This document shows, one piece after another, positions 37,343 to 48,452 of a DNA stretch of 64,000 nt. Source of the DNA: Candidatus Omnitrophota bacterium (GTDB lineage Bacteria > Omnitrophota > Gorgyraeia > B26-G9 > JBDRCZ01); the NCBI GenBank assembly GCA_043821285.1, contig JBDRCZ010000109.1, positions 4,302 through 68,301 of the forward strand, read 5' to 3'. How positions within the stretch are numbered: position 1 is the stretch's first letter; every line of letters begins with the position of its first letter. A program made the translations under genes and the position numbers. The notes under the pieces are model-generated. The model searched no databases and was not told the origin of the DNA. It was given only the letters and a program-made list of their open reading frames with translations.

Positions 37343-39298
37343 ATGGGAATTAGAGTTTATGAGCTGGCAAAAGAGTTAAAGTTAACCAGCCGGGAGTTAA
37401 TCAGTAAACTGCATGCCTTACATGTGAACGTGAAAGGACACATGAGCAGTTTGGATGAAGAAACCGCTGAGATTATTCGCCATGAATTTGCTCCGGTTGC
37501 TGCGGAAAAAGAACCGAAAAAGGAAGAAGCGGAAAAATTAAAGATTTTGCAGCTTAAAATTCCTTGTACGGTTAAAGAGTTATCAGTGAAACTGCAAGTT
37601 GCAACCAGTGAATTAATCAAACGCCTAATCAAACAAAAGATCATGGCAACGATTAATCAGAATTTGGATGAAGAGATCCTAAAACGTATTGGTATGGAAT
37701 TCGGATATAAAATAGAAAAGCTACCTTCGCCAGAAGAGGTATTAGTTGCGGAACATAATCTGGCGGACAAAGAAGGAGAATTGAAATTTCGTTCCCCGGT
37801 AGTTACCTTAATGGGACATGTTGATCATGGAAAGACATCACTTTTAGACGCAATCAGGAATAGTAAAATTACAACATATGAAGCCGGCGGAATAACTCAG
37901 CATATTGGTGCGTATAAGGTGCATTTGGATAAAGGGGAGGTAACCTTTTTGGATACACCGGGACACGAGGCGTTTACCGCGATGCGTGCAAGAGGTGCGG
38001 TAGCGACAGATGTGGTTGTTTTGGTGGTTGCTGCGGATGATGGGATTATGCCACAGACGGATGAAGCAATCGATCATGCCCGCGCCGCGGGTGTACCGAT
38101 TGTTGTGGCGATAAATAAAGTTGACCTGCCCAGTGCAAATGTTGAAAGGGTTAAGAAACAGCTTATGGAAAGAAATCTATCGCCGGAAGACTGGGGCGGA
38201 AAAACAATCATGGTGGAAGTTTCCGCTAAGACCGGCCAGGGGATTGATAATTTATTAGAATTGCTGCTGCTTGAAGCCGAAATGCTGGAATTAAAAGCAA
38301 ATCCTGCTCGGCCGGCAAAAGGGGTGATTATTGAAGGCAAGATTACTAAAGGCGGCGGGCCGCAGGCAACGTTGCTGGTGCAAAATGGCAGTTTAATCGT
38401 AGGCGATGTACTTGTATGCGGTAAGTGTTTTGGGAAAATCAGAGCAATGATTAATGACCGCGGACAAAGAGTAGAGATTGCTAAACCGTCAGATCCGGTC
38501 GAGATATTAGGCATAAATGGCGTTCCACTTGCCGGGGAATTGTTTTATGTTGTCAGTGATGAAAAAAAGGCGCGCGAGATTGTTGGGCAAAAGTCAGAAA
38601 AGGAAAGAGAAGAGACATTAAAAGGTGGTCTTAAACGCATAACCTTAGAAGAGCTCTATTCCCAGGTTAAAACCGGGACGGTTAAAGAGTTAAAACTTAT
38701 TGCAAAAGTAGACGTTCAGGGTTCAATTGAAGCGCTAAAACATTCCCTGGAAAAATTAACCCATCCGGAAATTAGTTTGAATATTATTCATGCCCAGGTG
38801 GGTAGTATTAATGTTTCCGATATAATGCTTGCCGCGGCATCCAATGCGATTGTTATTGGATTTCATGTAAATATTGAGCCGCTGGCAAAACAAGAAGCGG
38901 AAAGACAAAATGTTGATCTGCGATTTTATCGTATAATTTATGAGGTGGTTAATGATATTAGAATGAGTATGGAAGGATTACTTGAGCCTAAACTGAAAGA
39001 GGTTTTTGTCGGCCGGGCAGCTGTTCAACAGGTGTTTAAAATTACAAAATTTGGCAATATTGCCGGCTGTATAGTAACAAAAGGTAAAATAATCCGTCAG
39101 GGTGTAGTTAAACTTTACCGTGGAAAAGATTGTTTATATGAAGGCAAAATTGCTACACTTAAGAGATTTAAGGATGATGTGCGCGAAGTGCCGGAAAATA
39201 CAGAATGCGGTATTGGGTTAGTTGATTTTATCGATATTGCGCAGTATGATATAATTGATTGTTTTGTGATTGAACGTCACGAGAAGAAAATTGTATAA
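37343..39298 (+). CDS. infB: Translation initiation factor IF-2
   Basis: [38 protein letters not shown]; ATG 37343 preferred. Confidence 0.97.
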   Translation: MGIRVYELAKELKLTSRELISKLHALHVNVKGHMSSLDEETAEIIRHEFAPVAAEKEPKKEEAEKLKILQLKIPCTVKELSVKLQVATSELIKRLIKQKIMATINQNLDEEILKRIGMEFGYKIEKLPSPEEVLVAEHNLADKEGELKFRSPVVTLMGHVDHGKTSLLDAIRNSKITTYEAGGITQHIGAYKVHLDKGEVTFLDTPGHEAFTAMRARGAVATDVVVLVVAADDGIMPQTDEAIDHARAAGVPIVVAINKVDLPSANVERVKKQLMERNLSPEDWGGKTIMVEVSAKTGQGIDNLLELLLLEAEMLELKANPARPAKGVIIEGKITKGGGPQATLLVQNGSLIVGDVLVCGKCFGKIRAMINDRGQRVEIAKPSDPVEILGINGVPLAGELFYVVSDEKKAREIVGQKSEKEREETLKGGLKRITLEELYSQVKTGTVKELKLIAKVDVQGSIEALKHSLEKLTHPEISLNIIHAQVGSINVSDIMLAAASNAIVIGFHVNIEPLAKQEAERQNVDLRFYRIIYEVVNDIRMSMEGLLEPKLKEVFVGRAAVQQVFKITKFGNIAGCIVTKGKIIRQGVVKLYRGKDCLYEGKIATLKRFKDDVREVPENTECGIGLVDFIDIAQYDIIDCFVIERHEKKIV

Positions 39299-39301
39299 AA
39301 A

Positions 39302-40273
39302 ATGAAAAAGATAATTTTAAGCGGTATGCGCCCTACTGGCAGGCTTCACCTTGGGCATTTGGTTGGTGCGTTGAATAATTGGCAGATACTGCAGGATGAG
39401 TATGATTGTTTTTTTATGGTTGCAGATTGGCATGCGCTGCTGAGTGAATATAAAAATCCTGAAATTATTAGCGAATATATTGTTGATAATGTTATTGACT
39501 GGCTATGCTGTGGGATTAACCCGCAAAAAGCGACAATTTTTGTCCAATCACACGTACATTATCATGTTGAAATGGCACAGGTGTTGGGAGCAATTACCCC
39601 ACTTGCATGGTTGGAACGTTGCCCAACCTATAAAGAACAACTGAAAGAGCTTACCGGACGAGAGCTTACCACTTATGGTTTCTTAGGATACCCGGTGTTA
39701 CAGTCTGCGGATATCTTGCTTTATAAGGCATCACATGTCCCGGTAGGTATGGATCAACTGCCGCATTTAGAACTTACCAGAGAAATAACCAGAAAATTTA
39801 ATCAGTTATACGGTAATATATTAGTCGAACCGCAGCCAATTTTAGCTAAGGCTTCAAAATTGTTAGGTATTGACGGACGTAAAATGAGCAAGAGTTACGA
39901 TAATTTTATTGGGCTTGCGGATGATGAAGCGACGATTAGAAAAAAAGTCCAGGGGATGTTTACTGATCCTAAGCGGATAAAACGCACCGACCGGGGACAT
40001 CCGGAGGAATGTAATCTGTGTGCATATTATGAGGTTTTTGCGCCAGAACTTCTTGATCAGGTAAAAGATGAATGTTGTAATGCACATATTGGCTGTACTG
40101 ATGATAAAAAAAGACTTGCGGATATTTTGGTTAAAAGACTTGAGCCGATTCGGCAAAAGCGGCAGGAGTTTAATCAGGCAACAGTTTATGCGATTTTCGA
40201 CCATGGTAAGAAAAAAGCGGGCGAACTGGCAGGAAAAACAATGGCAGAGGTCCGCCGGGTAATGAAGTTATGA
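39302..40273 (+). CDS. trpS: Tryptophan--tRNA ligase
   Basis: SGMRPTGRLHLGH, VPVGMDQ, KMSKS. Confidence 0.96.
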   Translation: MKKIILSGMRPTGRLHLGHLVGALNNWQILQDEYDCFFMVADWHALLSEYKNPEIISEYIVDNVIDWLCCGINPQKATIFVQSHVHYHVEMAQVLGAITPLAWLERCPTYKEQLKELTGRELTTYGFLGYPVLQSADILLYKASHVPVGMDQLPHLELTREITRKFNQLYGNILVEPQPILAKASKLLGIDGRKMSKSYDNFIGLADDEATIRKKVQGMFTDPKRIKRTDRGHPEECNLCAYYEVFAPELLDQVKDECCNAHIGCTDDKKRLADILVKRLEPIRQKRQEFNQATVYAIFDHGKKKAGELAGKTMAEVRRVMKL

Positions 40274-41016
40274 AAATAAAATTAGAAATATTTGAAGGAC
40301 CGCTGGATTTATTACTTTATCTGATAAAAAAAGATCATTTAAATATTTATGATATTCCGATTGCCAAGATAACGGATCAGTACTTGCAGTATCTTGAGCT
40401 GATGAAACTTCTTGATTTGAATATTGCCGGTGAGTTTTTGGTTATGGCGGCAACCCTGATGCATATAAAATCAAAAATGCTCCTGCCGCCTGAGGAAAAT
40501 ATCGCCAATCAGGAAGAAGATGATGACTCATATGCGGAATTAGTAAAAAGATTGGTCGAATACAAAAAATTTAAAGAAGTGGCAATGTCCCTGCAGAAAA
40601 AAGAACAAGAACAGCAAAAGATTTACCGCCGTTTTTCTCATGAGCAGCCAGAAGGAGAAACCGAGGTATTTTTCGAAGCAACATTGTTTGATTTAATTAC
40701 TGCCTTCTCAAAGGCATTACAAGAAGTCCCCCGTGATGTCTTTTATGAGGTGATAAAAGATGAATTCAACGTCGAAGGCAAAATGCACGATTTACTGCAT
40801 GTTTTGGCCGTGCAGCATGAGGTGAGTTTAAAAAATTTATTTGAACAATCAAAAAACAAACAAGAGATTATTGCAACTTTTCTTGCGGTATTAGAGCTTA
40901 TTCGGCTGAAAGAAATTGTTGTTGTGCAAAAAGTGGTTTTTGGTGAAATCATAATTATGCCAAATAACCAAATGATTTATACACCAATGATCGCAGATGC
41001 TGAGAGTAGTATATAG
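40270..41016 (+). CDS. scpA: Segregation/condensation protein A
   Basis: FEGPLDLLLYLI, FLVMAATL..IKSKMLLP, FLAVLEL. Confidence 0.95.
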   Translation: MKIKLEIFEGPLDLLLYLIKKDHLNIYDIPIAKITDQYLQYLELMKLLDLNIAGEFLVMAATLMHIKSKMLLPPEENIANQEEDDDSYAELVKRLVEYKKFKEVAMSLQKKEQEQQKIYRRFSHEQPEGETEVFFEATLFDLITAFSKALQEVPRDVFYEVIKDEFNVEGKMHDLLHVLAVQHEVSLKNLFEQSKNKQEIIATFLAVLELIRLKEIVVVQKVVFGEIIIMPNNQMIYTPMIADAESSI

Positions 41017-41115
41017 TATGTCGTATATTGTATATCGTTACGTTTACTGTTAACCGTGTACTGTTTAACAAAAAAGCAATCAGAATGAAGAAAATTTTAA
41101 TTAATAAAATAAGGT

Positions 41116-41760
41116 ATGAATATAACCGATATTAAAAAAATTATTGAAGCAATATTATTTGTCAGTAACCGTGCGGTTACCCTTGACCAGCTTAAGGCAG
41201 TAATCACTGATGTCGAGTTGAAAGATATAAAGGCCGCGATTACTTCCTTAAAGGAAGATTACCAGCAAAATCATCACGGGATACATTTGATGGAGGTAGC
41301 TGGCGGATATTTGCTTTGTACTGATCCATTTTGTGAGCCTTGGCTTAAAAAATTATTTAAATCTAAACAAATTGTGCGTCTTAGTGGACCGTCTTTAGAA
41401 ACATTGTCAATTATTGCCTACAAACAGCCGGTGACCCGGCCGGAAATAGAAATAATTCGTGGAGTAAATGTAGAAGGTGTGCTGAAAACGCTCATGGAAC
41501 GGGGACTGGTAATGATAAAAGGTCGAAGAGAGTCACCCGGCAGACCAATCGTCTATGGTACCACCGAACAGTTCTTGGAATATTTTGGGTTGAAATCATT
41601 GAAAGACCTGCCGCCTTTAGATAGTTTTATTAAGGAGCAGGATGTAAAGGTACCGGCTGAAATTGGTGAGCCAGAAAAAATCGATGGTTTGGAAAATAAA
41701 GGAGAATTGCAGCCAGTTATCGCAGATACAATGCTTTTAGAAGAAAAGCCGGTTGAATAA
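41116..41760 (+). CDS. scpB: Segregation/condensation protein B
   Basis: IEAILF, LETLSIIAYKQPVTR, GRPIVYGTT..FL..FGL. Confidence 0.95.
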   Translation: MNITDIKKIIEAILFVSNRAVTLDQLKAVITDVELKDIKAAITSLKEDYQQNHHGIHLMEVAGGYLLCTDPFCEPWLKKLFKSKQIVRLSGPSLETLSIIAYKQPVTRPEIEIIRGVNVEGVLKTLMERGLVMIKGRRESPGRPIVYGTTEQFLEYFGLKSLKDLPPLDSFIKEQDVKVPAEIGEPEKIDGLENKGELQPVIADTMLLEEKPVE

Positions 41761-41829
41761 TTAAGATATTTAGTGATTCATTTGTCATTTGATATTTGAA
41801 AAAAGGGTCATTCTTATAAAGGGGTAAAT

Positions 41830-42906
41830 ATGATATTGGCAAAACTTCGAAAAAAAATCGATAATTTGGATAAAAATATTATTGGTTTTTTAAATGAACG
41901 CGCAAAGATTGTCTGCAAGATAGGTGCGCTGAAAAAGACCCGGGGAATTGGAGTTTATATGCCGGATAGAGAAAAGCAGATTTATAAGAAGATTACTAAG
42001 CTTAACTCTGGACCGATAAAAAATGAGTCTTTACGTGCGATTTACCGTGAAATTATGTCAAGTTCGTTAAGCATGGAAAAGAAGGTTAAAGTTGCCTATC
42101 TCGGGCCGCCGGCTACTTTTACCCATCTTGCTTCACTAAAAAAATTCGGTTCGTCTGTGGAGTATGTTACCTGTAATAACATCAGTGATGTATTTTGTGA
42201 GGTGGAGAGGGCACGTTGCGATTATGGGGTTGTGCCGGTTGAAAATTCTATTGAAGGAGCAGTGAATCATACCCTGGATATGCTTATTGATTCGGATTTA
42301 AAAATCTGCTCGGAAGTATTATTGAATATTTCGCATAATCTACTGGTAGGTAATTTAAAAGAAAAAATTAAAAAGGTCTATTCCAATCCGCAGGTATTTG
42401 GCCAGTGCCGGATGTGGATAGAGAGTAATCTGCCAGGGGTTGATTTAATAGAGGTTTCCAGTACAACAAAGGCCGCGCAACTGGCGGCAAAAAATAAAAA
42501 TAGTGCGGCAATTGCCAGCAGCTTAGCGGCAGAGCTTTATCATTTGCAGGTGGTCTCAGACTCCATCGAGGATAGTTCGCATAATATTACCCGGTTTTTG
42601 GTTTTGGCCGGGACCACGGCCCTGGCAACAAATAACGATAAGACCTCAATTATTTTTTCGATTAAAGATAAGATCGGCGCGTTACATGAGATGTTGCTTC
42701 CGTTTAAAAATAATAATATTAATTTGACCAAAATTGAATCCCGGCCGTCAAAACGTAAAGCCTGGGATTATTATTTTATTGCTGATTTCAATGGTCATTA
42801 CACGGATAATAAAGTTAAAAAAGCGCTGACCGAATTAGAAAAGAAATGTAGATTCATTAAAATACTTGGATCATATCCCGTGCCAATCGATGAAAATGAT
42901 GATTAA
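41830..42906 (+). CDS. pheA: Chorismate mutase/prephenate dehydratase
   Basis: CM domain, YLGPPATFT, PVENSIEG, NITRF, ACT domain (INLTKIESRP). Confidence 0.95.
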   Translation: MILAKLRKKIDNLDKNIIGFLNERAKIVCKIGALKKTRGIGVYMPDREKQIYKKITKLNSGPIKNESLRAIYREIMSSSLSMEKKVKVAYLGPPATFTHLASLKKFGSSVEYVTCNNISDVFCEVERARCDYGVVPVENSIEGAVNHTLDMLIDSDLKICSEVLLNISHNLLVGNLKEKIKKVYSNPQVFGQCRMWIESNLPGVDLIEVSSTTKAAQLAAKNKNSAAIASSLAAELYHLQVVSDSIEDSSHNITRFLVLAGTTALATNNDKTSIIFSIKDKIGALHEMLLPFKNNNINLTKIESRPSKRKAWDYYFIADFNGHYTDNKVKKALTELEKKCRFIKILGSYPVPIDENDD

Positions 42907-44005
42907 TCTTGCCAACAGACATATACTGGATTTAAAAACGTATCAGCCTGGAAAACCGATTGAGGAGGTTAAAAGACAGTTAAAATTAAAACGGGTAATT
43001 AAACTTGCCTCAAACGAAAACTCCTTTGGTGTCTCAAAAAAGGCGATACGGGCGGTAAAAAAAGCACTTCCGCGGGTAAATTTTTATCCAGATAGTAATT
43101 GTTTTTATTTGCGAGAAAAGCTGGCAAAGAAATTAAATCTTAGAGGAGAAAATTTAATTTTTGGCAATGGCTCAGACGAGATTATCTTAATGGCCCTGCG
43201 TGCATTTGTTGCGCCAGGCGAAGAAGTAATTGTTGCCCGTCCGACATTTTTGATTTATGAGCAGGCATCGAAAGTGGCCGGGGCAAAGGTCATTACGGTC
43301 CCAATGCGGGGTTTCCGTTATGATTTAAAAAAGATGAAGGAAAAAATAACTTCCAAAACGAAGATGATTTTTATTGCCAATCCCGATAATCCTACCGGGA
43401 GCTACGTAACAAAAACAGAAGTTAATAATTTTTTTAAGGGACTGCCACGGCATGTACTGGTTTATTTTGATGAGGCCTATTATGAGTTTGCCGCGAATAT
43501 AGATTACCCCCAGACACAAAGACTTATTAAGACTATTTCCAATATTATTATTACCCGGAGTTTTTCAAAGGCATATGGGTTAAGCGGACTGCGTATTGGA
43601 TATGGCATTGCGCCGGAGTTAATAATCAGTACATTGAATAAGGTACGTGAACCTTTTAATGTGAATAGTCTGGCCCAGGTTGCCGCCCAGGCCGCCTTAG
43701 ATGATCAAGATTTTATCCGAAAAACATTAAAACTTACAAAAATAGGACGGCGATTTTTATGTGCCGCCTTTAAAGAATTAGGACTGTTTTATGTACCCAG
43801 TGCGGCAAATTTTGTCCTGGTTAATGTGGGCAGAGACAGTACAAAAATTTATAATGCTTTATTAAATAAAGGAATTATTGTGCGTGATATGAAACCGTGG
43901 GGGCTTGAGCGATTTATTCGTGTGACGATTGGTCAAGAAAAACAGAATAAGTATTTTGTAAGAGTATTAAGAGAGGTTTTAGGCGTAACGTCAAAAGTTT
44001 CATAA
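42896..44005 (+). CDS. hisC: Histidinol-phosphate aminotransferase
   Basis: YQPGKP, KLASNEN, GNGSDE, NPDNPTG, DEAY, RSFSKAYGLSGLRIG. Confidence 0.94.
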   Translation: MMINLANRHILDLKTYQPGKPIEEVKRQLKLKRVIKLASNENSFGVSKKAIRAVKKALPRVNFYPDSNCFYLREKLAKKLNLRGENLIFGNGSDEIILMALRAFVAPGEEVIVARPTFLIYEQASKVAGAKVITVPMRGFRYDLKKMKEKITSKTKMIFIANPDNPTGSYVTKTEVNNFFKGLPRHVLVYFDEAYYEFAANIDYPQTQRLIKTISNIIITRSFSKAYGLSGLRIGYGIAPELIISTLNKVREPFNVNSLAQVAAQAALDDQDFIRKTLKLTKIGRRFLCAAFKELGLFYVPSAANFVLVNVGRDSTKIYNALLNKGIIVRDMKPWGLERFIRVTIGQEKQNKYFVRVLREVLGVTSKVS

Positions 44006-44133
44006 AAAGATAAAATGCAACCACAGATTTAAATAGGTGATTTAAAAGAATAAAATTGTTTTAATCTGTATAATCTGTGGGTGCTTGTACTCTGTGAGTG
44101 CTTAAAAAATATACGAAAGCTTTAGCCATAACC
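43984..44133. mobile_element. Degenerate copy of the TSD-forming miniature element
   Basis: caaccacagattt...aatctgtgggtg hairpin, then tgcttgtactctgtgagtgcttaaaaaatatacgaaag also present at 14308-14345; termini degenerate, no clear TSD. Confidence 0.65.
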
Positions 44134-44157
44134 CTGTTGGGGAAGGAGTGATAACTA

Positions 44158-45171
44158 ATGATCATTGTTTTAAAGCAGGGCACAACACAGGAACAGATTG
44201 ATAAGATTAAAAATAGAGTCGAAGCATTGGGATTGAAAACGATGATATCGCAAGGTATCGAACGGACAATAATCGGGGTTATTGGTGAAGAAGATAAGAT
44301 TAGACTGGCTCCGCTTGAGGCATTCTCCTGGGTTGAAAAGGTAATGCCGGTATTAGCACCCTATAAACTTGTCTCACGCGAATTTAAACGTGCAGACAGT
44401 ATAGTTAATATCGGGAATGTTAAAATAGGCGGCAGCAAAATTGTGGTTATTGCCGGTCCTTGTACGATTGAGAATTATGAAATGTTACTTGAGACTGCAA
44501 AGGCCGTAAAGAAAGCTGGGGCAACGGTGTTACGAGGCGGGGCGTTTAAACCGCGTACTTCACCCTATAGTTTTCAAGGGTTAGGTGAAGAAGGACTAAA
44601 AATCATGCATCAGGTCGCAAAAGAAACCGGGCTGGTTACGGTAACAGAAGTTATGGATACGCGGGATGTTGAACTGGTGGCGCGTTATGTGGATATTATG
44701 CAGATTGGGGCAAGAAATATGCAAAATTTTAATTTGCTGAAAGAGGCCGGGATTTGTAAGCGGCCGGTGCTTTTAAAGCGGGGAATGATGTCAACAATTA
44801 AAGAGTGGTTAATGTCGGCAGAATATATTCTCTCGCAAGGTAATTTTGATGTTATTTTATGTGAACGGGGGATAAGGACTTTTGAGGAATATACCCGTAA
44901 TACTACTGATATTAATGCTGCGGCTTTGGTTAAATATCTAAGTCATCTGCCGGTTATTTTGGACCCCAGCCATGCAACCGGTAAATGGAATTTAGTTGCC
45001 CCGGTATCAAAGGCAGGGATTGCCGCTGGTGCGGATGGTTTAATGATCGAGGTTCATCCCCGGCCGGAGGAGGCGGTTTCTGACGGCGTGCAGTCATTAA
45101 GATTTGAAAATTTTAATACCTTAATGCAAGAATTAGTGCCAATAGCAAAAGCGGTGAACAGAACGATCTGA
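44158..45171 (+). CDS. aroF: DAHP synthase type I-beta with N-terminal regulatory domain
   Basis: [44 protein letters not shown]. Confidence 0.94.
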   Translation: MIIVLKQGTTQEQIDKIKNRVEALGLKTMISQGIERTIIGVIGEEDKIRLAPLEAFSWVEKVMPVLAPYKLVSREFKRADSIVNIGNVKIGGSKIVVIAGPCTIENYEMLLETAKAVKKAGATVLRGGAFKPRTSPYSFQGLGEEGLKIMHQVAKETGLVTVTEVMDTRDVELVARYVDIMQIGARNMQNFNLLKEAGICKRPVLLKRGMMSTIKEWLMSAEYILSQGNFDVILCERGIRTFEEYTRNTTDINAAALVKYLSHLPVILDPSHATGKWNLVAPVSKAGIAAGADGLMIEVHPRPEEAVSDGVQSLRFENFNTLMQELVPIAKAVNRTI

Positions 45172-45172
45172 T

Positions 45173-46045
45173 ATGAAAAAGCCTCAATGTATTACAATAA
45201 TTGGTGTGGGGTTAATTGGCGGGGCGATGGGGATGATTTTAAAAAAGAAAAAACTAGCCCGCGAGATTATTGGGGTTACCCGGCACAAGCATAGTCTAAA
45301 TAATGCTAAGCGATTAAAAGCAATTGACCGGGGGACGTTGAATGTAGAACTTGCCGTAAAAGATGCGGATATTGTTGTCTTGGCAATGCCGGTAGGTAAA
45401 ATGTTTGCCATGGTAAAAGATATCAAAGCATTCCTTAAACCAGGATGTATTTTGACTGATGTGGGAAGCACAAAAACAGAAGTAGTACGCGATATTGAAA
45501 AAATTTTGCCAAAAGGCGTATATTTTGTCGGAGCGCATCCATTAGCCGGTTCAGAAAAATCAGGGGTTTTATCGGCGCACGCGGATTTATTTAAACATAA
45601 CGTATGTATTATAACCCCGACAAAACAGACTAATTATCGTGCACTTACGACAATTAAACAATTATGGAGAAATTTAGGGGCTGATGTTGTTTCGATGAAC
45701 TGCCAAAGACATGATAAAATAGTTGCAGAAATTTCCCATCTTCCGCATATTTTAAGCGTTTCGCTGGTCAATACTGTTTCGCAAAAATTTTTGCGATATG
45801 CGGCTGGTGGTTTTAAAGACGTAAGCCGCTTGGCTGGTGCCGAGGCGGTGATCTGGCAGGATATATTCACGACAAACAGAGAAAATGTATGTATTGCGAT
45901 CAATAAGTATATAAAAATACTAACCAAGATAAATACTCTCCTTAAACAAGAGAATTCTCTATGTAACCTGCGGCTGTTGAAAATTTTGCAACATGCAAAA
46001 AAAATAAAAGATGAAACAGTCCTCCAAAAAAATAATTGCAATTGA
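45173..46045 (+). CDS. tyrA: Prephenate/arogenate dehydrogenase
   Basis: GVGLIGG, DVGSTK, HPLAGSEKSG, HD...ISHLPH. Confidence 0.92.
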   Translation: MKKPQCITIIGVGLIGGAMGMILKKKKLAREIIGVTRHKHSLNNAKRLKAIDRGTLNVELAVKDADIVVLAMPVGKMFAMVKDIKAFLKPGCILTDVGSTKTEVVRDIEKILPKGVYFVGAHPLAGSEKSGVLSAHADLFKHNVCIITPTKQTNYRALTTIKQLWRNLGADVVSMNCQRHDKIVAEISHLPHILSVSLVNTVSQKFLRYAAGGFKDVSRLAGAEAVIWQDIFTTNRENVCIAINKYIKILTKINTLLKQENSLCNLRLLKILQHAKKIKDETVLQKNNCN

Positions 46046-46703
46046 CGGTCCGGCCGGTTCAGGTAAAAGTACGGTTGCCAAAATTGTTGCCGAGAAACTT
46101 GGTTTTTTATATATTGATACTGGAGCAATGTACCGTGCCCTGACGCTTAAAGCGCTGCAGAATAATATTAATCTAAAAGATGAGGATAAACTGGTTAAGC
46201 TATGCCAGGGGTCACGGATAAAACTGTTGCCGGTAAATAACCACTTGAGAGTTTATATTGATCGTAAAGATGTTACTGGAGATATTCGTTTGCCTTATGT
46301 TTCTAACAATGTCTATTATGTTGCGCGTTGTCCCGGGGTGAGGCAAATCATGGTAGAGATGCAACGCGATTTGGCCGGTGAATTTAACGTTGTGATGGAA
46401 GGACGGGATATTGGCACGGTTGTTTTTCCGCATGCCGGTAAAAAATTTTATCTTGATGCTGATTTTAACGAAAGGGTCTTACGCCGGCTTAAAGAACTAA
46501 AATTAGATAAAAATAATAAAGATTTAACTTTTGAAAAGGTAGCCGAAGATATAAAAAATCGAGACAAACGGGATATGTTACGTATTGTGGCCCCGCTTAA
46601 AAAGGCCGCTGATGCGGTATGTATTGATACGACAAATTTGAATATAGAAGAAGTGGTAGATAAAATAATGATAATTGTCCAGTGTCAAAAAAATAAGATT
46701 TAG
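46011..46703 (+). CDS. cmk: Cytidylate kinase
   Basis: IAIDGPAGSGKST, DTGAMYRA, EGRDIGTVVFP. Confidence 0.96.
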   Translation: MKQSSKKIIAIDGPAGSGKSTVAKIVAEKLGFLYIDTGAMYRALTLKALQNNINLKDEDKLVKLCQGSRIKLLPVNNHLRVYIDRKDVTGDIRLPYVSNNVYYVARCPGVRQIMVEMQRDLAGEFNVVMEGRDIGTVVFPHAGKKFYLDADFNERVLRRLKELKLDKNNKDLTFEKVAEDIKNRDKRDMLRIVAPLKKAADAVCIDTTNLNIEEVVDKIMIIVQCQKNKI

Positions 46704-46912
46704 ACCTCTATTTTTTAACCACAGAACCACAAATGACACAGATTTAAAGAAATAAGCCAAATATCCGCCACAAAGATTGGCGGATTAAATTCCGACAGAT
46801 AAGTTTACAGCACCTTCGGGTTTGTAACTTATCTGTCGTCATTTAAGGAATAAATTTTTGCCGCGGATTAACACTGATAGAACACGGATAAAAAAAGAAT
46901 ATATCCAATCAC

Positions 46913-47551
46913 ATGGCACGTAAATTATTTTATCATTGCTGCCGTTTTCTGCTCTGGATTCTATTTAAAACATTATTTTTTTATCAAGCACACCATGGAC
47001 AGAAACTGCCGGAAGGCGGTTTTATTATTGCCGCAAATCACTTGAGCTTTCTCGATCCGATTGCCGTATGCCTGGGACTGAAAAGAAGAATTGGGTTTAT
47101 GGCGCGAGAGGATTTATTTGATGCCGGGTTATTTAGCTGGTTGATTATGGGCTTGAACTCATTTCCCATAAAAAGAGATGGGGCGGATATTCAGGCATTA
47201 AAAGAAGCGGTTAACCGGTTAAAAAAAGGTGAAATTATCCTGGTTTTTCCTGAAGGTACGCGCAGTCGTACCGGGACACTTCAGCCGGGACAGGCCGGGA
47301 TTGGATTAATTGCCGCACATGCACATGTGCCGGTTATCCCGGTATATATCTACGGAACGAACCGTGCAATGCCGCGGGGCGGACATGCATTTAGGCTGTT
47401 TACTAAAATAGATGTCTATTTTGGCACGCCAATTACGATTGATAAATTAAATGTTAATATTCGGCCGCAAAGGCGTTATCAGAAATTTGCTGATATAGTT
47501 ATGAGTGAGATTGCTAAGACCGGCAAAGGACATGCAGATAAAACTGGCTAA
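46913..47551 (+). CDS. plsC: 1-acyl-sn-glycerol-3-phosphate acyltransferase
   Basis: NHLSFLD, FPEGTRS. Confidence 0.9.
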   Translation: MARKLFYHCCRFLLWILFKTLFFYQAHHGQKLPEGGFIIAANHLSFLDPIAVCLGLKRRIGFMAREDLFDAGLFSWLIMGLNSFPIKRDGADIQALKEAVNRLKKGEIILVFPEGTRSRTGTLQPGQAGIGLIAAHAHVPVIPVYIYGTNRAMPRGGHAFRLFTKIDVYFGTPITIDKLNVNIRPQRRYQKFADIVMSEIAKTGKGHADKTG

Positions 47552-48413
47552 ACATATTGGGTTTTGTTTTGGGGTAAAGCGGGCAGTAAATATTGCTGTT
47601 CATACCCTTGCTGGTAAAAAAAATACGGTCTATGCATCTGGACCGATTATCCATAATCCACAGACGGTCCAGTCCCTGCGCGCTAAAGGCCTAAAGATTG
47701 TAAAAGATATTAACCGCATTAAACGCGGGACTTTGATTGTTTGTTCACATGGCATGGGGCCGCGTATTTTACAAAGGGCAAAAAAAAGGCAGTTGGATAT
47801 TATTGATGCAACCTGTCCGTTTGTCAAAAAAGTACAGGATATTGCCCGGGATTTAAAACGTAACGGATATCATGTAATATTGGTTGGTGATAAAAATCAT
47901 CCAGAGATTAAAGCGATTAAGGAAATCGTTGGCCGGGATATTACCATTATTGAAGATGTGCATAGTGTGATAAAAATGAAATCGAGAAGTAAAAAAATTG
48001 GCATAATTGCCCAGACAACACAGCGCCGGGATAATTATTATCGCATTATCGAGCATATTTTAAAAACTATATTTTGGGGGATAAATGAGGGTTTTAATAA
48101 AATAACCTTGTCTGAAGTAAGAATATTTGATACAATATGTAATGCGACATTATTGCGGCAGCAAGCGGCAAAGGCATTGACAAAGGAAGTTGATTTAATT
48201 TTTGTCATTGGTGGAAAGATGAGCGCAAATACCACCCGTCTGGCGCAGATTTGTTGTATGAGCGGTGTTCGAACATATCATATCGAAAGAGCTGAAGAGA
48301 TAAAAGAAAGCTGGCTTAAGGGGGTAAAGAAAATCGGTATCGCCAGCGGAACATCTACGCCGAAGCAGATAATAAATGCCGTGGTAGAGAAATTGAAAAA
48401 TAATAATTTTTAA
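47532..48413 (+). CDS. ispH: 4-hydroxy-3-methylbut-2-enyl diphosphate reductase
   Basis: GFCFGVKRA, IIHN, DATCPFV, HPE, TICNAT..RQ, SANT; ATG 47532 preferred. Confidence 0.95.
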   Translation: MQIKLAKHIGFCFGVKRAVNIAVHTLAGKKNTVYASGPIIHNPQTVQSLRAKGLKIVKDINRIKRGTLIVCSHGMGPRILQRAKKRQLDIIDATCPFVKKVQDIARDLKRNGYHVILVGDKNHPEIKAIKEIVGRDITIIEDVHSVIKMKSRSKKIGIIAQTTQRRDNYYRIIEHILKTIFWGINEGFNKITLSEVRIFDTICNATLLRQQAAKALTKEVDLIFVIGGKMSANTTRLAQICCMSGVRTYHIERAEEIKESWLKGVKKIGIASGTSTPKQIINAVVEKLKNNNF

Positions 48414-48452
48414 GTAGTAAAAATAAAAAACTGATAAGGGGGTTGTTATGTT

